From a virus, in IMG/VR virus record IMGVR_UViG_3300026078_000023, positions 29,290-93,289 of that record: a DNA stretch of 64,000 nucleotides. One strand, given 5' to 3'. The position numbers were made by a program, and so were the translations under genes. Shown one piece after another: positions 63,850-64,000 of this stretch. Position 1 is the stretch's first letter; each line of letters begins with the position of its first letter. The notes under the pieces were generated by a model. That model was given only the letters and a program-made list of their open reading frames with translations, did not search any database and was not told where the DNA came from.

Positions 63850-63879
63850 AGACTACCGGTGCAGCGCCGCGCGCAGCAA
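63850..63879 (-). promoter_or_regulatory. Leaderless sigma70-like promoter of the portal gene (representative of the 18-bp spacer class)
   Basis: TTGCTG-18-TAGTCT-GTCCGC-ATG. Confidence 0.7.
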
Positions 63880-64000
63880 GCTACCCGGCGAGCTGGCGCC
63901 AGGCCCAGCGCAGGAGGCGCGCCAGCCAGCCGGCGCGGGGCGGGGGCGCGAGCTCGGCCGGGTCCACCACCTGGAGGTGCTCCTCACCGCCCGACCACCC

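Larger units (their letters stand above)
1..64000 (-). mobile_element. Segment of a large myovirus-like phage/prophage genome (both ends outside the window)
   Basis: Colinear portal-head-neck-sheath-tube-tape measure-baseplate-fibre-lysis-replication modules, all on the minus strand with frequent ATGA/GTGA overlaps; no host housekeeping genes. Confidence 0.95.

Overview
This 64-kb, very GC-rich window is the middle of a large contractile-tailed (myovirus-type) phage or prophage genome. Every convincing gene is on the minus strand. Reading in transcription order (right to left), it has a portal gene, about 6.6 kb of accessory genes, a minor head (Mu-F/SPP1 gp7) gene, a head decoration/fibre block, scaffold and major capsid genes, then neck, sheath, tube, a frameshifted chaperone, tape measure, baseplate and two repeat-rich tail fibres. 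These are followed by a glycosyltransferase, a Tad2/DUF2829-like gene, and a lysis-like block (holin, spanin-like protein, lipoproteins, papain-like protease, no recognisable muralytic endolysin). The remainder holds RuvC, early genes (DUF932, a phage sigma factor) and a hybrid replication/recombination block (UvsW-like helicase, UDG-like protein, O-like initiator, DnaC, DnaB, UvsY-like, gp32-like SSB, RecA and the start of an Mre11/SbcD-like nuclease). No terminase, integrase, tRNA or CRISPR array is visible. The lipoproteins and spanin-like gene suggest a diderm host, possibly a myxobacterium (inference only). The most unusual signals are: (i) three distinct promoter-like motif classes, including a novel CCGGCCAACAY element and about 15 sigma70-like promoters with a fixed 18-bp spacer, many leaderless; (ii) stand-alone partial copies of the phage's own structural proteins (a free sheath C-terminal domain and a capsid N-terminal peptide inside a Tat-like small protein); (iii) long RNA hairpins covering the translation starts of the replication initiator and RecA. 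All product calls come from motif recognition by eye; no database searches were run.
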